From: Kudoa neothunni
Lineage: Eukaryota > Animalia > Cnidaria
Assembly: GCA_964304625.1 (NCBI GenBank)
Contig: OZ199839.1
Span: 11,002,647-11,066,646 of the forward strand
DNA length: 64,000 nt
Reading direction: 5' to 3'
Shown here: positions 14,557-29,782 of the stretch, in pieces
How the letters are laid out: each line of letters starts with the position of its first letter
Numbering within the stretch: position 1 is the stretch's first letter
Position numbers and translations under genes: made by a program
The notes under the pieces: model-generated
Told to the model about the DNA's origin: nothing
What the model saw: the letters and a program-made list of their open reading frames with translations, nothing else
The model's database searches: none

Positions 14557-15755
14557 CAGTGGTACACAAACTTTTTGAACCGGGCCAAAAATAACGTTCA
14601 GGGTAACATTTTAACGGGATTTAAATAATTCGGGAACGCAACAAAATACGACACTGACAAAAAATTATTTGGCGTTGGTGCCTGACCACGAAATTTTTAA
14701 ATGAACGCCGGGATTGATACTTTCCTTCACAGAAATGGTCATAATTTAAATTCCGCTAATCCAAATCGTTGAAAGTATGTCACTTACAAAATTTTAGTGA
14801 TTTTGTATCTATTGGTTAATTGGAAACTTCAATATATTATTTGAATATTATTATGAAACGAATCTATGCGAAATCTCCCCAAACAACACTGGGCAGTTCG
14901 CGCAAGTTAATGATACGTTTTGAGATCTGATGTATTTGACCTTTAAATTTGCTCTCGTCCCAGAAAGGGATCTACCTTGGGAGTAACGGGTTGATAGGGG
15001 AAATCCTGACTCATCGATATACAACATTTCCGGATACCTAGGCTCAAATCTTATGAATTCGTTTACATAACTAAAAAATATTAGATAAAATATATAGGTC
15101 GCTCGGATCGTAATGATATTTTCCTAGCAGAATTCCTATTGTAATGTGCGCCAAGAAAACCACAGTTCCGTAAATATACACAAAATATACGTAGGCGTAA
15201 AAACATAGGCGCTCCTTAATTAATTGTCTTAAACCTATCTATAGGCATCAACAATATTTTTTAAGGTATAATGAAACTCTTTCAGAACTCTATTAACAGT
15301 TTGACGAGAAGCGCAAAAAGAAAATTTTAGAAAATGCTTCTTTGATAACTGATTGAATGTCAGCGTACAGTTATCATCTACCTCTGCAAGTAAAAACTGT
15401 TGATACACTTCACTCAACAATGAACGACGATCTCCTACAGTTGCTAACCTTTGAAACGAGCCGGTGTCATTGAATCTCCTCACTTTTCTACTTATCGTAA
15501 ATTCGGGAATGTTTAATGACTCGGAAAGTTGATAATTCGTCTCTTCAATCTTAATTATTTTAGTAGTCATTTAAAATTTGTGCTCATTTCGACGTGGTGA
15601 GCAATGTTAGCCCTATCTTTGGCACTAACAACCTCGTATTTTCTCTTATTAGAATTACTATTTTCAATATGATCAGGCTTGCTGTTATGTGCTAACTGGA
15701 GAAAACGTGAAAATGCGCCTGCGATTTGCATCTTGATTGAACATGTTTGCATCAT
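14557..15755 (-). mobile_element. Degenerate Tc1/IS630-like transposon
   Basis: HTH-like ORFs (15567-15755 and 15235-15570: TISRKVRRF..GDRRSLL..SRQTVNRVLK). First catalytic motif MLYIDESGF at about 15003-15030. A Tc1-like end cagtggtacacaaactttttgaac lies at 14557 and may belong to a separate element. Confidence 0.7.
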
Positions 15756-15779
15756 GATCGTGAAATACTGTATACTGTA

Positions 15780-16441
15780 GTCGTCTCCAGTGTGACTTGA
15801 TTTCTAGCATCAATAAAGACTTGAAATATGTTTCCATCTTCATCGATTCCTCCAACTACCAACACATTTTGATTCACAAGCACTCTATCGCAATGGTATT
15901 TGCGCTTGCATGGAGGGATTCATCAATTTGCACGATATTACCTGAACCATCAATTTAAGGATTTTCGATATTAAGATATTCCATGTAGATTTCACATATA
16001 TAATTCTTGCAGTTGCAAACTGTTTCTCTTGAGTAGTAGATCTTCAATTGCCGCATAATTTATCGTAATCCATATATATCGTTAACGTCTGCAAAAATTA
16101 GATCAAAAATTTTCCTTAACGTAAGGTTTGCCCTTTCAAAGGACGTCCCTCTTCTGAGTAATGTTTTTTATTACATTTATAACAGCAGAGTGTAAATGAG
16201 TCAATATTGCTTTCTGGTCTGAGTAGCATATCTGAATGGCAAGATTCATACGAACGAATTTTTGGCAATAAACCAAATCTCTGCAATAAGAATACTAATT
16301 TGGATTGATCCTATTTTAGAATGAAGACGCCTTCTATAAGGATATTATCAGTTGCGACCGTAGAATAATTCATTTTTTGGGAGGGGTGAAGGGATACGAT
16401 CATCCCCAACTTTCGTCCCTATACCGTACCGTACTTTGGCC
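15780..16441 (-). mobile_element. Truncated Merlin (IS1595/ISXO2-like) element
   Basis: Motifs GSGNIVQIDES and VLVVGGIDE. The terminal ggccaaagtacggta is nearly identical to the TIR of the 19232-20235 Merlin. Confidence 0.75.
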
Positions 16442-16557
16442 CATTTATTAAACCTGACAATAGATAACTTTATTAGTTACGGAGATATTATTTGCCGTGG
16501 AATAGCCAGTCTCTTGATGGAATTAAAAGGATCCATGAGAAAAACCACTGCCATTTT

Positions 16558-18200
16558 TTAAATCCCTTGGACTTTCGATTTAGTTTCGATGGGTTTAGAA
16601 CACATCGACCTAAGGTGGAAACTAAATTCATATCTGTGTTCTTTTTTAAGTTTATTACAACTGGGGCGTAATATTTCTTCGCTGTAAAATTTCATTAAAT
16701 CCGCAAAAACGATGGATTCATTCATGTTTCCATCGAGAGTGTCATGGTCATGCGAAAATTTGGAAGATGTGTCCTCAATGCTTTGTAATTCGGTGGGGTT
16801 GTAGTAACATGGATTCTCATATTTTTGATTCCACGAGTCTATTTCATTTTCTTTATTTATCATGTCACATAATTCCGACTTGCAGACATCTGTAGTTAGT
16901 TCCTTGAGTAACTCTTCCATATCGCACTCAATGTCGTCTTTAAATTGATGTGAAAAATTGGTCATCCGAATTCCTCTTATTGTAGTTTTGTCCATTGTTG
17001 AGAATGAAGGAAAACCGTTGGTTGAAATGATAATCTTTGCTTTATTAACAAATGATACAATTTCATTGGAGCAAAACATTCTGAAAGAAACCACAGCTCC
17101 ATTTAAATATAAATTTAGTAACATTAACAAATATTAATATCTGATGATGTTTGTATTATTCCGGAATTGAGCTAGTCTCCCTTTTTTTTATCTACTGTCG
17201 CAATTTTTTTGTTGAGAAATGATGCAATTCTCGGATCCATATCATGCATAGTATTTTCAATGTTTTTGTTGAACATGAGCACTCCTGATAAGGTTGAATA
17301 GTTAAAATTTCCGAAGAATCTTTCTATTATTTTTATTAGCGTTGTTTTACCATTTCTTCCAGTGGGACCACACAGAAAGGGAATGGTTTGTAATATGGGC
17401 GTAAATAGAGCCTATCTCAAAGACGCCAATAATATTTTTGTCAGTCATCTCCAAGCAATTTATTTAGAAATTCTTTTATTTTGTTCGTGATAGAATTGGG
17501 ATAATTGTTGAAAGGAAACGCATAAAGAGATAGGTCCTGTTTGATTTTGATGCGAAAGATGTTGGTGGAAACTTCGTAGATTAAATTTTTGAAATGTATA
17601 TTAATTTGTAATGTTTCGATATTTTTGAATGATTTGAGATACAGATGCTTAATAATTAAGGAGTCTTGTACATTGTCTGAATGAGTAGTTTCCTTACACT
17701 TTTTTGAAAAATTAAGGATTAGATTGAGTGAGGGATTACGATTCATAGAATTTTTAGTTTCTTTTAACATGATGAGAAATAAATTTCCTTATTTGTTTAC
17801 GTATGTACATATACATATAATGAATCATTGATATTTTTATTGGGGATTTTGTTCCAATTATTCTCTATTATTATAACCATATCACTCATTGGATTTCTCA
17901 ATGAGAATATAATCACGCAAGGGAGTGAACTCCATGATGATTTCCAACCATGTGGCAAATATTGGAATGTTTATAAATTCTTTGATATTTTGTCTAATTA
18001 AATGAGTTATTTTGTTGGTCATTTCAGGAATAAATCTTTCTAAAGGTTCGTTTAATGGAATTTCTTTATTTGTTCCAGTATTTAAAGTTGGTATGTCTAT
18101 TATAAAATAAATTAGGGTGTTTGTAAAGAATAATTTGAATCGTGAGTATTGAGCTCAAACAATTCAATGAGGTTGGGATAGAATATTGTTTTTATTTTTG
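16558..18200 (-). pseudogene. Degraded D5-like primase-helicase (D5_N + SF3 helicase), putative endogenous viral element
   Basis: In order: *YGYNN..NWNKI, then INIHFKNLIYEVSTNIFR (D5_N FxNGxYD-like), then LLASLR*ALF..IPFLCGPTGRNGKTTLIKII (Walker A, about 17340-17385), then KAKIIISTNGFPSFSTMDKTTIRGIR (motif C / Arg-finger region). No introns are evident; stops and frameshifts are present. Confidence 0.8.
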
Positions 18201-18959
18201 GTTTTAACAAATTACATGATTTGTCGCCGATTTCTTCTAGATTGGGTTTATTATGGGCGAACTTTTATTGTCTATGTCAAAGAAAGGTATTACTGGTTTA
18301 TCACCATGGATATATTCCATAACAATAAATTTTTTTCAATTTTTAAGTAATGCATCACACAGTAAGGTCTCGATATTGTGTATTGAATCCGGGACCTGAG
18401 CTTTCACCAGACAATGTCGAGTTTTTGCGAACGCGCAATATGAATAAATTTTTTGTTTTTTTAAACAGAAATGATTTCATGTGGATGTATTATTTAATTA
18501 AGAATGTGAAAGAATTCGATCCAGCAGTACGCGAACTTATTGATCAAGAGTTTAAAATATCAAAAAGATAGTTGAAGATGTTCAATCATTTTTTGATCGT
18601 AATATTTAATAGGAAAATCATTGCTTCTTTCAAAACAGTTTGTCTCGTTGAATTTACCAATGACAAGATGTAAAAAATTTCCCCAAATAAATTAAGCAGT
18701 CTATAATATATAATGCGATAATATTTTTTTGATGATTTCATTTTTGTTTTATTTTGTTCTTTATTTCATCTGTTCGTTGATTTTATTCTTCATAAGAAAG
18801 GGCGATTCGTCAAGATTTAATGTGTTTTCCTTTTCACATCTACTTGTTACCTCATAAAATTTATTTATCTAATCAGAAACAATATTCACGTCAACACTCG
18901 ATTCTTCTCCATAGAGAGTGTAATTTTTCAAATTAAAAACCTATCTTAAAATTTCAACG

Positions 18960-19030
18960 CAATCTTTGTCTCGACTGAAACCAGTGATTTTAAGGTCATC
19001 AGCAAAAAGTTTTGTCTTTCGGTGATCAAA
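18960..19030 (-). mobile_element. Non-LTR retrotransposon RT fragment
   Basis: KLFADDLKI catalytic motif (CR1/L2-like) on the minus strand. Confidence 0.45.
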
Positions 19031-19231
19031 AACTCTAAAATATTTTTTTTTATTTTCTTACATTATCCGGTCATATGACTCAATTTAAAGTTGGACACAT
19101 TTTGCATTTTAAATCCTATTATTGGGTAGAAGCAACATTGGTATTCATTATATCAGATTTGTTAAACGAAATTCTATTTAGAGAAGAATAACCTATTCTA
19201 ATTTGAATTAAACTCATAATAACAGAATGCA

Positions 19232-20235
19232 GGCTAAAGTACGGTATAGTGGGTCGGATTCAGGCATTTTTGTCGTCCGTAGGATGAAAAATATTAATTT
19301 TGTAAATAACGACAATAATAACAAATTCTAGTGTAAATATATTTCGTTAATTGTTTTTATATACATAGAAAATCGATCATCTTAAAAAAAATTTTTAAGA
19401 TGATAAGGAGATAAATACGATATCATCAAGTCTGACACCTTATTGGTTATGTGGCGGAACTTTCTTTTGATTGCTCCCCAAATAGTCTCGATCTTATTTG
19501 TGTGCATCCCATCAACGGTTTTGAATTCAATAATGTGGTTTACAGACTCGTGCACGTAGCCCAAAGACTCAAGGGAGTTATAGTCACCCCATTTGTCGGT
19601 TCATATTGAGTCATTATTAAGTCTAATGTAGACCGATTTCTTATTTCGGCCAATACTGGAAAAATGTTGTTGTTTTCATCAACACATTCTGATTCACTAG
19701 CACTCATCATCGGTGATATTTTCTCTTGCATATGTTCGATTCGTCAATCTGAACAATAACATTTTCACCTCCACAATCACGCGATTTAAATTGAAATATT
19801 CTATGTAGATCTCTCTCACATAGATTTTCAACTAACTATTGTTTCATGAGCATGTTATATAACATTTGAATGTCAAAAACATCAAAATATATTAGCATAA
19901 ATATTTTACATAACGATAACTTGGAACCTTCAAAAAAAGTTAACTTTGCGAAGGCTTAATCTTCTTCGACATCTATTACATCTTAAGTCATATCCATCAA
20001 TTACTTGATCGTTTTGTGGGCTCATCTGTAAATTATATTTTTCACAAATCCGCTCCTTTGGGAGCAGTCCTAAATTTTGTAAAAAACATGAATTTTTCGT
20101 GATCTCTCCTCAATAAATATATATCTTCCAGAACCATTGAATCAACGTTGGGGAGGGAAAAATTCATGACTGTTGATGTAATCGCGAAGATTGCGCTAAC
20201 AGTCCGAAGCCGACCCACAATACCGTACTTTAGCC
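19232..20235 (-). mobile_element. Merlin DNA transposon, complete ends, degenerate transposase
   Basis: TIRs of about 30 bp (ggctaaagtacggtat.gtgggtcgg). 9-bp TSD cagaatgca (19223-19231) / cggaatgca (20236-20244). Motifs VIVQIDES and HESVNH..FKTVDGMHTNKIETIWG. Confidence 0.92.
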
Positions 20236-21169
20236 CGGAATGCATAATATTCTATGGCGCTTTAGAGTTATTTACGGAGATTTCAGATTTATTTAATTGA
20301 ATAATTTCGATTTTTATCAAAATTTTGTCAAATCTTATTTCATATTTTTTTAATAACGTTAAAATAATAGATTATATACATCGAAAACTGTACGATATTG
20401 AGAACAGAGGTTTTAAAAAATGCTTACTAGCCTAATATCGAACCTCATATTATCGAGACCTTACTGTACGTTGTAAATGCTTCATACCCACCATAATGAT
20501 TTATTGCGGAATTAATTTTCCCTGTAGAAAGAGCTTTTGATTTTTACACTAAAATATAGATATCATATTGTATATTTCATATATAACTAAAATATTAATC
20601 ATCATAATACGATTATGTTACGAGGCAGCATTAAATTGTTTTACTTTACCAATAGCGCTTAAAATATTGTTATATGTGTTACTTAAAATATAACCAATTA
20701 CATTTAATCGCAATCTTAAATTCGAAGACAAAAAATTTATAAATATAAAAAAAATACATACTTTAAAAAATTTTATAAAACGTAAAAAAACGAGAATAAA
20801 TAAATAAACTAAATAATCGGCATCCCTAAACGCAATAATTAAAATAAATTACAACCATAAGTGTAATTAATTGAGATAATATAACTCAATATTTGGAATT
20901 ATTAACATTAATTTCTAAACAATAATTGTATACATTATTTTTCAAATAAACAGTTAAAAAATTGAAACGAATAAGTTTGAGGTTAGCACACCATGAATAG
21001 GTAAGAAAGCGACTAGTCTTTTAATTAGAAACAGTTTAGTTTATCCGACACAAAAATAAAACATAGTGATTCAGATAATGTTGTAAATAGTGTTAATTAA
21101 ATTGGGGGAATCACAATGTTAGTGATACTGACAGATGCATAAGAGCAAAACCAGCATGAACAACTACAA

Positions 21170-22734
<1,565 letters not shown>

Positions 22735-23934
22735 CAAAAAATCAATAATAATAATAATAATAACTCTGCTCTTGATTCAAACTTTAGGTATTGATATAAA
22801 AATCAATGCACCGAAACGTGTAATAATAGCAATAGCAATATCTTTGTATCAGTTGAAGGTGAACTCTAGAATTTACCTTCAGCCGAAATCACAGGATTTA
22901 AGAATTAGGATAAGGGTTTTTGGATGATAATAATATCAAAGGTTGTTTGCGCATGGAATACATTGTTCAACACTATAAATCTTTATTTTATGTATATTAA
23001 ACGTGTTTATCATACTGTAAACTCTTTCGTTAATTATGTATTGATAATAAAATATCGACTATATTCTATTAATACTTTAACCAAATAAAAATAAATTAAA
23101 TGAAATTAATTGTTAATACCTCCAAAGAATATTTTTGTAATAATCCTTATCTGATTCAAAGTTTTACAAACTATTTAATATTTACCCACTTTACGAATCA
23201 GTATAATTAGAAACTATAAGCTAACCACCCTAGAGAAATTCCAATACCAAACAACAATCTATTTATATTCTAAGGTGGATGCAAACAAAATATACACTTT
23301 CCGCAATTAATTATATTGAAAAAATAATTAAGCGTAATTTTATTTGATACCTCATCACATTAAAGGGTTGGAGTGGTTCAGCCAAACTAAAACAAATACA
23401 CTTTCCATGCGCATGATTATTTATCATCAAATGACGTCACGAAGTGTGAATTCATGTAATGAACCCGTTCAGTTAATTCTCCAGCGTATTAAGTTTTTTT
23501 CTTTTTAATTATTGGAAGATTCAATGGACGTTTTAATTGAGAATATCTGCATGAAATTCTTCTATCGACAATTAAAATTTCGAATAATCTATAGCAGTCA
23601 TCACTCGGATATAATAATTCAATTTAAAATAATAACAGATTAAACCAAACAAATTATTTTATATTCATTGGATGATAATTAAAAGACAAAAATGTTTTTT
23701 TTCGCGAGATCATCCCCTCTAGGTTTAGCTAATACAGTGACTTTTGTATTTAGCCTAATCACTCGGGAAACTAAAGTTTTACAACAAACTCTTTATTTAC
23801 ACAATACACTAGGTCAGTCCAATTGCGTTTGAATAAAAAAAATTATTTTTTATAATTATTTCAATATATGAATTGTCGCTTCAGAAATGAATCTACATCT
23901 TGAAATACTGAGACGGTAAGTACACTAGTGCTGG

Positions 23935-25770
23935 GATATTGTGTAGCAGGGATACCTACGCACTTATGATATTATGGTAATATTTCCTAATAAAAATAAC
24001 CAATTTTGTTATTTATTATAATTAGAACTTAAAAATGTTTAATCAAGCAAAATTATTATTAAAAAATATTGTTTAGTGTAAGAGGAAATTTGGTTGCATG
24101 CTTATTGCGCACCAAAAATCCCCCAATTAAATCCAACGACGTGGTTAGTACGCAGTTAAGAAATCTTAGAAAATATCGATATTTAGATGATTAAGTTAAA
24201 ATAATAAAATATTATGAATGGAATTAAAAAATTCAATGATTCCATGGCCAAACTGTTGAGAAATTTGAATTAAAATCAATATTTTCCTTAACTGCATACT
24301 GTTAAAAAAACAGTATTCTGAAAGATTGTAACATTAGGCGCCTAGAACACAGCAGGGAACCTTCAGAAAAGTAATTTCAACATTTTAGATTCTTAGGTCA
24401 ATGAGTGGATTGAGCTAATAAGATTACGTAATATCGAACTCTCTCAGGACGATATAATTAAAAAAACCTTCGATTATTCATATGAAATTAAAAATAGAAT
24501 TTCTTTGGTTGATAGAGGTTGGTTTCAAAGATTTTCTTCAAGAGTTGGATCGAAAATAATAAATTCTTAGATGAATCCAAGAGTGTTGTTCTTGAAATAG
24601 TTTCCTCTTGGAGTGTTTAACTTTAACAGTTGATCGAAAACTATGATCAAAAAGATATTTTTGATTAGGCTGAAACTGGACTATTTTACTAGAAAAGAAA
24701 AGGTAAAATATAATTTAAATTTACATCTCTATCTGAAATTTAATGTATGGTCAAGCATTTAAAATGGAGGAAAACTTGAACGGTTCTAAAAAATCCAAAG
24801 AGAGAATAACAATTGCTGCTATCTATTCAATGCCAGAAAAAGACTCTTATTAATAATTCGCAATCATGAAAGACCTATGCTTCCCTATTAGGCTAAAATT
24901 AAGACTTTATTTTTTGAAAATATCTGAAGCAATAAAAGCACGAACTTTATCAATGGAAGAGAAAATTCAACCAACCTACTGCAACTATTAAATTATTAAA
25001 TCAAACAACCATTAACAATTTTAATTGCATTTAAAAAAATCTCCCGACGAATTATTATATAAATAGATTTTCTGTCAATTCCATTAATATTGTTGATGAT
25101 AATTTAATTAACGATCCTTCAGATTTACTTGAAGATATGTACATGATGAAAGAAATGTGGGAACTAATGAGTGAAAGAACAATCAAAAACATTTATAACA
25201 AAATTATTCTTGTTAATAACTGTGAATCAGAGGGTACTATCCTTTCAACTGGAAGTAATTTCCCAGAAAATCAATCTGATGATTGTGTTATTGAAGAAGA
25301 AATTATTTGAGTTAGAGGTCCGGAAGAAAGATGTGTTAACTCAATAAATAATGAAGTCGATGCAATGAATGAATTGTTTACGGATGCAAATTATGAAAAA
25401 ACGGACATTATCTGTTCCATCAATTAAGTCAGTGAGCGTTTAAATACGTTAAGAACAAATATTTTTTCTCATTACCTATCTATGTTAGAAAATTCAACAA
25501 AATTGAACTCATTCATCCGTAGAATAAGACATGGTTCGAAAAGAATGATAAAATAATTGATTATTTAAAAAATTTGTATATTTTCGATTATAGTTTATTT
25601 ATTTTATATTCGCTGACTTGTGCGCTTAACATTAAACTTTTCTAAATATTTACAGGTTATCATTAATATTGGAAGGCAAATGTAATTGTTAAATACAAAA
25701 TACGACAGCGCGCCAATACCAAATATCTGGTAAATGTGCGCGCAGACATGGATACTTCGTCTATGCACCT
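23935..25770 (+). mobile_element. Degenerate pogo/Tigger (DDE_1) transposon
   Basis: AETGLFY (NxDETGLFY) at about 24669 and GSKKSKERITIA at about 24782. Upstream HTH-CENPB-like remnants (RGWFQRFSSR). Many stops. Confidence 0.7.
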
Positions 25771-26325
25771 AAAAGTTTTACACAGTTTTCTAAAAATCCC
25801 ATCCACTTTATAAGTGTTAATTGAGTTATATTAGTGTTATTAATTATTATTTCAATTTTGAAATATTCTGTGATAGAAGACGGCCAGAAATAAAATAGGA
25901 AATAAACAACATGTGTATCACGTGATTCAAGTATTTAGGCGATTTCCTGAGTGAGCGTTGTTATTAGTTTGGGTTTTTATTCTCCATAGTGCAATATTCT
26001 AAGCCACACTTAAAGAGACACTTTTGATAATGTGTTTGTAGGGTATCATGCCCTAAAATACCCTTCATAACACTAAAAAGTTTATTACTCTTTATATTAT
26101 AATTGATACATACAACAAATAGCAATCCAACTTTAGATGAAAAACGAATATTATTGCTAAATATAAAATTATAACGTAATACAATAGCCTTTCTTTGTCA
26201 GGGGAGAAAACTAAAACTACACTGCAACTTAGCATATAAATCAATATGCGAAATTTATTTTTCAAAAATAATGGGGAATTATGTAATATGTGGATTAGAA
26301 GGGTTGTAATCCACCAATCACACTC

Positions 26326-26400
26326 GTCATCGAGAGTATAACGGTATGGCACCACCGCCTTTAATGCTAATAACGCAGGTTCGAATTGGGATTCGAACCT
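26326..26400 (+). repeat. tRNA-derived repeat, copy 2 (tRNA-Gly-like)
   Basis: gagagtataacggtatggcaccaccgcctttaatgctaataacgcaggttcgaat has A-box-like and B-box motifs and shares the core of 6779-6842. Confidence 0.55.
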
Positions 26401-26536
26401 TCTGTTACATCATATATTTCATCTATATTATTATATTTAATATTTATTTGTTATATTTTATAAACGCAAGGCATGTTTGTTTTTTAATGAATAAGAATAA
26501 AAATAATCATTTATTTGATGAATGGTAACGGATTAA

Positions 26537-27300
26537 CCCTCTAAGGTACACAAAAACGATTACACTCCAACTGACTTGGGTCTCTTGGATCCTAGATTTT
26601 TATTTTACGATAGTTAATAAAAAATATTTCAAAAGTCCCTACGAACTTTAAGAAATTTCTACGGAAAAAATTTTGAGAAAAATGGGATTCATTGAGCCAG
26701 TTAATCCTACAAAATCCTATTCGGTAGACTTATACAACGTTTAGTAAATTTTCGTTTAAATAAATCAACAATCTTTCATATTATAGAGAAATAAACATAA
26801 AAGAAACAAAAAATTTTTGAATATCGAAGCCAATAGATTTGTATTTTGAACACTGATTATACTTACTCGAATAATGGAATCGAGTGTTTATTATTTACCA
26901 TTTTGGCGAGTGAACATTTTCAGAATACTTTCTAAAAGTTTGATTCCATTATTTCGATTTCTTAGGAATAATATGAACTGGGGTGTTTTAGTTATATTCT
27001 GATCCTTTGATTGTTAACAAGTAATTGTTGGTATAAATATAATAAAAATTATACCGTTTAATTTTAAACATCCAAAATTGATTAAATGCCTAAGAATTTG
27101 CATTCTAATCATGCAACATCTGTGTCGCTTGATTTTATCATTCAACGAGCTTGTACAACGTGATATATTAGCTTGCCCTATGAATCCTCTTTTTCTCAAA
27201 TTTTAGCCGGTAGAAATTTCCTAAAATTTGTGTGGTATTTTGAAATATTTTTTTATCAGCTATCGTAAAATTAAAACCTGGGGTCCAAAAGACCCCAAGT
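26537..27300. mobile_element. Non-autonomous piggyBac-like element
   Basis: Begins TTAA-CCC at 26533. Subterminal inverted repeats at about 26572-26634 and 27238-27300. The right TTAA end was not found. Confidence 0.55.
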
Positions 27301-27644
27301 TTATTATCGGATAAACTAATTTTCATTATTTTATACGGGAAAAATTGATTCGGAGTTCGAACACATTTCTAGAACGGATAATGGTCCATGTCCGAGGTTG
27401 CACTGTACATTAGAAAAAGAACGCGAAAAATTATCTCAAACTAATTATTTCATCAATGTTAATAAAATCAGAGTGATTCAGAATATTTATTTGAGGAATT
27501 TCCGCATTTTTTAGATATATTGGATAATCGCACATAAAGCTTCGAAACTCTGTTACATATAAGACGCGCACGCACACAACAAGAAACATTCACGAAATAA
27601 AACCTTATTATCTAAAAAATATCTCATAATTCAGCAAACATATG

Positions 27645-28629
27645 TTAACTGTCTGTTTCTTTGAATATGCCATATAAGGAGGCGGCCTGTCGTAAAAAAG
27701 CAGCTTTAGTTCGAACCACAAAAGACTCGACGGAATCGAACGCGGGTCTAATATCCATATGAACAAAATCGCCTCTCTTGTAGTCTTCTTCAGATCCAAC
27801 GTCATAATAATCAATAATATAGCGGATCTCCTTGCCGTAGCGATCTATTATCCAGTCATGTCGATCAAAAGGAAGCTCATAACTAAAAATGAATAAAATA
27901 TTTGACGCGGGAAGGAGATTGAGAAAAATTGATCCCATCAATACACATAGAGGGGTGATTACGATTGATGTGTGAAGACAAAGAAAACGTAACTACCCTA
28001 ATAACTGCCTAAATCGAGCTCGTGGGGAATATTTTTTTGCCAGGCCAGAAAACTTTTTCAACTTAATATCCGAGCTATCTCTATATTTATAAAATATATC
28101 ACCAATGTGTTATGCATCAAAATAGATAAATAATATACACGCCAGAAAGCTGTTCCCATTTGCAAATTTCTCTCCACGCCTCTTCATTATTTCGATTGTG
28201 TATACGAATGATGTTGGTCATGTCGTTTGGTGAAATTTGTGAAGTTTCCCATCGCCAACCTTTCTTCAGCATAGCATTCCAAAACATCTGCTCTGATGGA
28301 TAGACCCATTTTTCTTCTTCGCCATTTTCAGTGTATTTCTTTATAGTGGAAACTTGTCTATCTTTATGTAGGGGGAAAGGTTGACCGGGGGACGGTTGTT
28401 GATTTGGTGGTTGCATCTAAAACACAAAGGTGCACTCATTAAAATTATTCAGTAATGATAATAATGTGGACAAAATTCTGAGAATCACATTATTCATTGG
28501 ATTGATTTGTTCTTCCTCATTAATAAACGGACATTTCGAACCATCATTTTTAGGTGTGGTTTCATTATCATTAATGGAGTTAAGTTGAGATGATGCGTCC
28601 TGATCCAGTCGAGATGTATTCTGACCCAT
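27645..28629 (-). CDS. HCCS: Holocytochrome c synthase (cytochrome c heme lyase)
   Basis: MGQNTS start, CPF heme-regulatory motif, [62 protein letters not shown] and [15 protein letters not shown]. Confidence 0.96.
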
Positions 28630-28812
28630 TCTGCAGACTAAAACAACCACTGTAAATTTCTCTTGTTTCCACTCTCACAGCCATACACTGCTTTGAGTTT
28701 AAGAGTTAAATATGAGGGAGGTAAATTCAAGAGTTTGGCGCAGGCTCGACGTTAGTTATCTAAACACACGTGCCTCGTGACCCCAAAATCTACACTCTAT
28801 TTGTCTGTCGCA
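28630..28812. promoter_or_regulatory. Probable bidirectional promoter HCCS/NHP2
   Basis: Only 183 bp separate the divergent ATGs; contains CACGTG and GCGCA. Confidence 0.6.
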
Positions 28813-29439
28813 ATGGCTGAAGAAACTGAGTTGTGTAAACGAGTGGAAGAAGAATTTATTCGAGATCGTGATAATAACCAAGAGCAGCAATATGACGAAT
28901 TACTCAATCATTTGATACCAATAGCAACCCCATTAGCCAATTACAAGCTATGTAAATCGATTTGTCGCCTGATTCGTAAAGGTAGTTGGAATGGTAGTTG
29001 ATTCTGAGTGAATTTTAATTGAACTACATAGCAACGAAAATAAAAAAATGTTCACGTGGAGTCAAAGCTGTCAATAAATCTATTAGAAAAGGCATCAAAG
29101 GGTATTTAATTCTGCCATTATTCGTTCTAAATCAAGTTGTTTATCGATTATCTAACACATGTAGAATCGTAATACTTGCAGGAGATACAAGTCCAATGGA
29201 TAATATTAGTCATTATGCTGTGTGGTGTGAATCACTCCAAAACCTTCCCTCTTCTATAGTATGTATTGAGGATTGTCGCTGTACGATTTTTGCGTTGTTT
29301 GTAGATGATCTCCAATGCTATGCAAGTTGTTGGGCACACTGCTTGTTTAATGATACAGTTTGACGACAGCTACATTGACAAATACGAGAAAATTATTGCC
29401 AAAATTTCTAAAATGCCATTTCCTGTCGCCTTGGAATAA
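28813..29439 (+). CDS. NHP2: H/ACA snoRNP subunit NHP2 (L7Ae family), 4 exons
   Basis: PIATPLA..KLCK, RGVKAVNKSIRKG, IVILAGDTSPMD..H..WCE; short GT-AG introns. Confidence 0.85.
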
Positions 29440-29782
29440 CGAATATAGATCATGTGTATTTACTTATAGTTTGTTATTGTCTGCATTTACATGATGTTTT
29501 TGTGTTATTTTCCATTTTGTAAGAAATGTAGCTATTTATAAATAATGATATATTTATTTTTTGTTTTATATAAAATTAATTATTGGCCATTAATAGATTA
29601 AAATGTCAAAAGATATAGTGTTTTTGATCTAAAATGTGAAATAACCCTCTAGTGGTATATCTTTTTTACACAGTAAATCAATATGTAATAGACTCCAGTT
29701 ATTATTCTAATAAAATTTTGTCTTTGGTTTGACAAACTAATTTTTTTTCGAGAATTATTGTATAAGTTTTTATTTTAGTTTA

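Noticed and set aside
15780-20235. D5 helicase carried as cargo inside a composite Merlin
   Set aside because: The TIR at 16441 faces away from the helicase, and the 19232-20235 Merlin has its own TSD, so the helicase lies between independent insertions.
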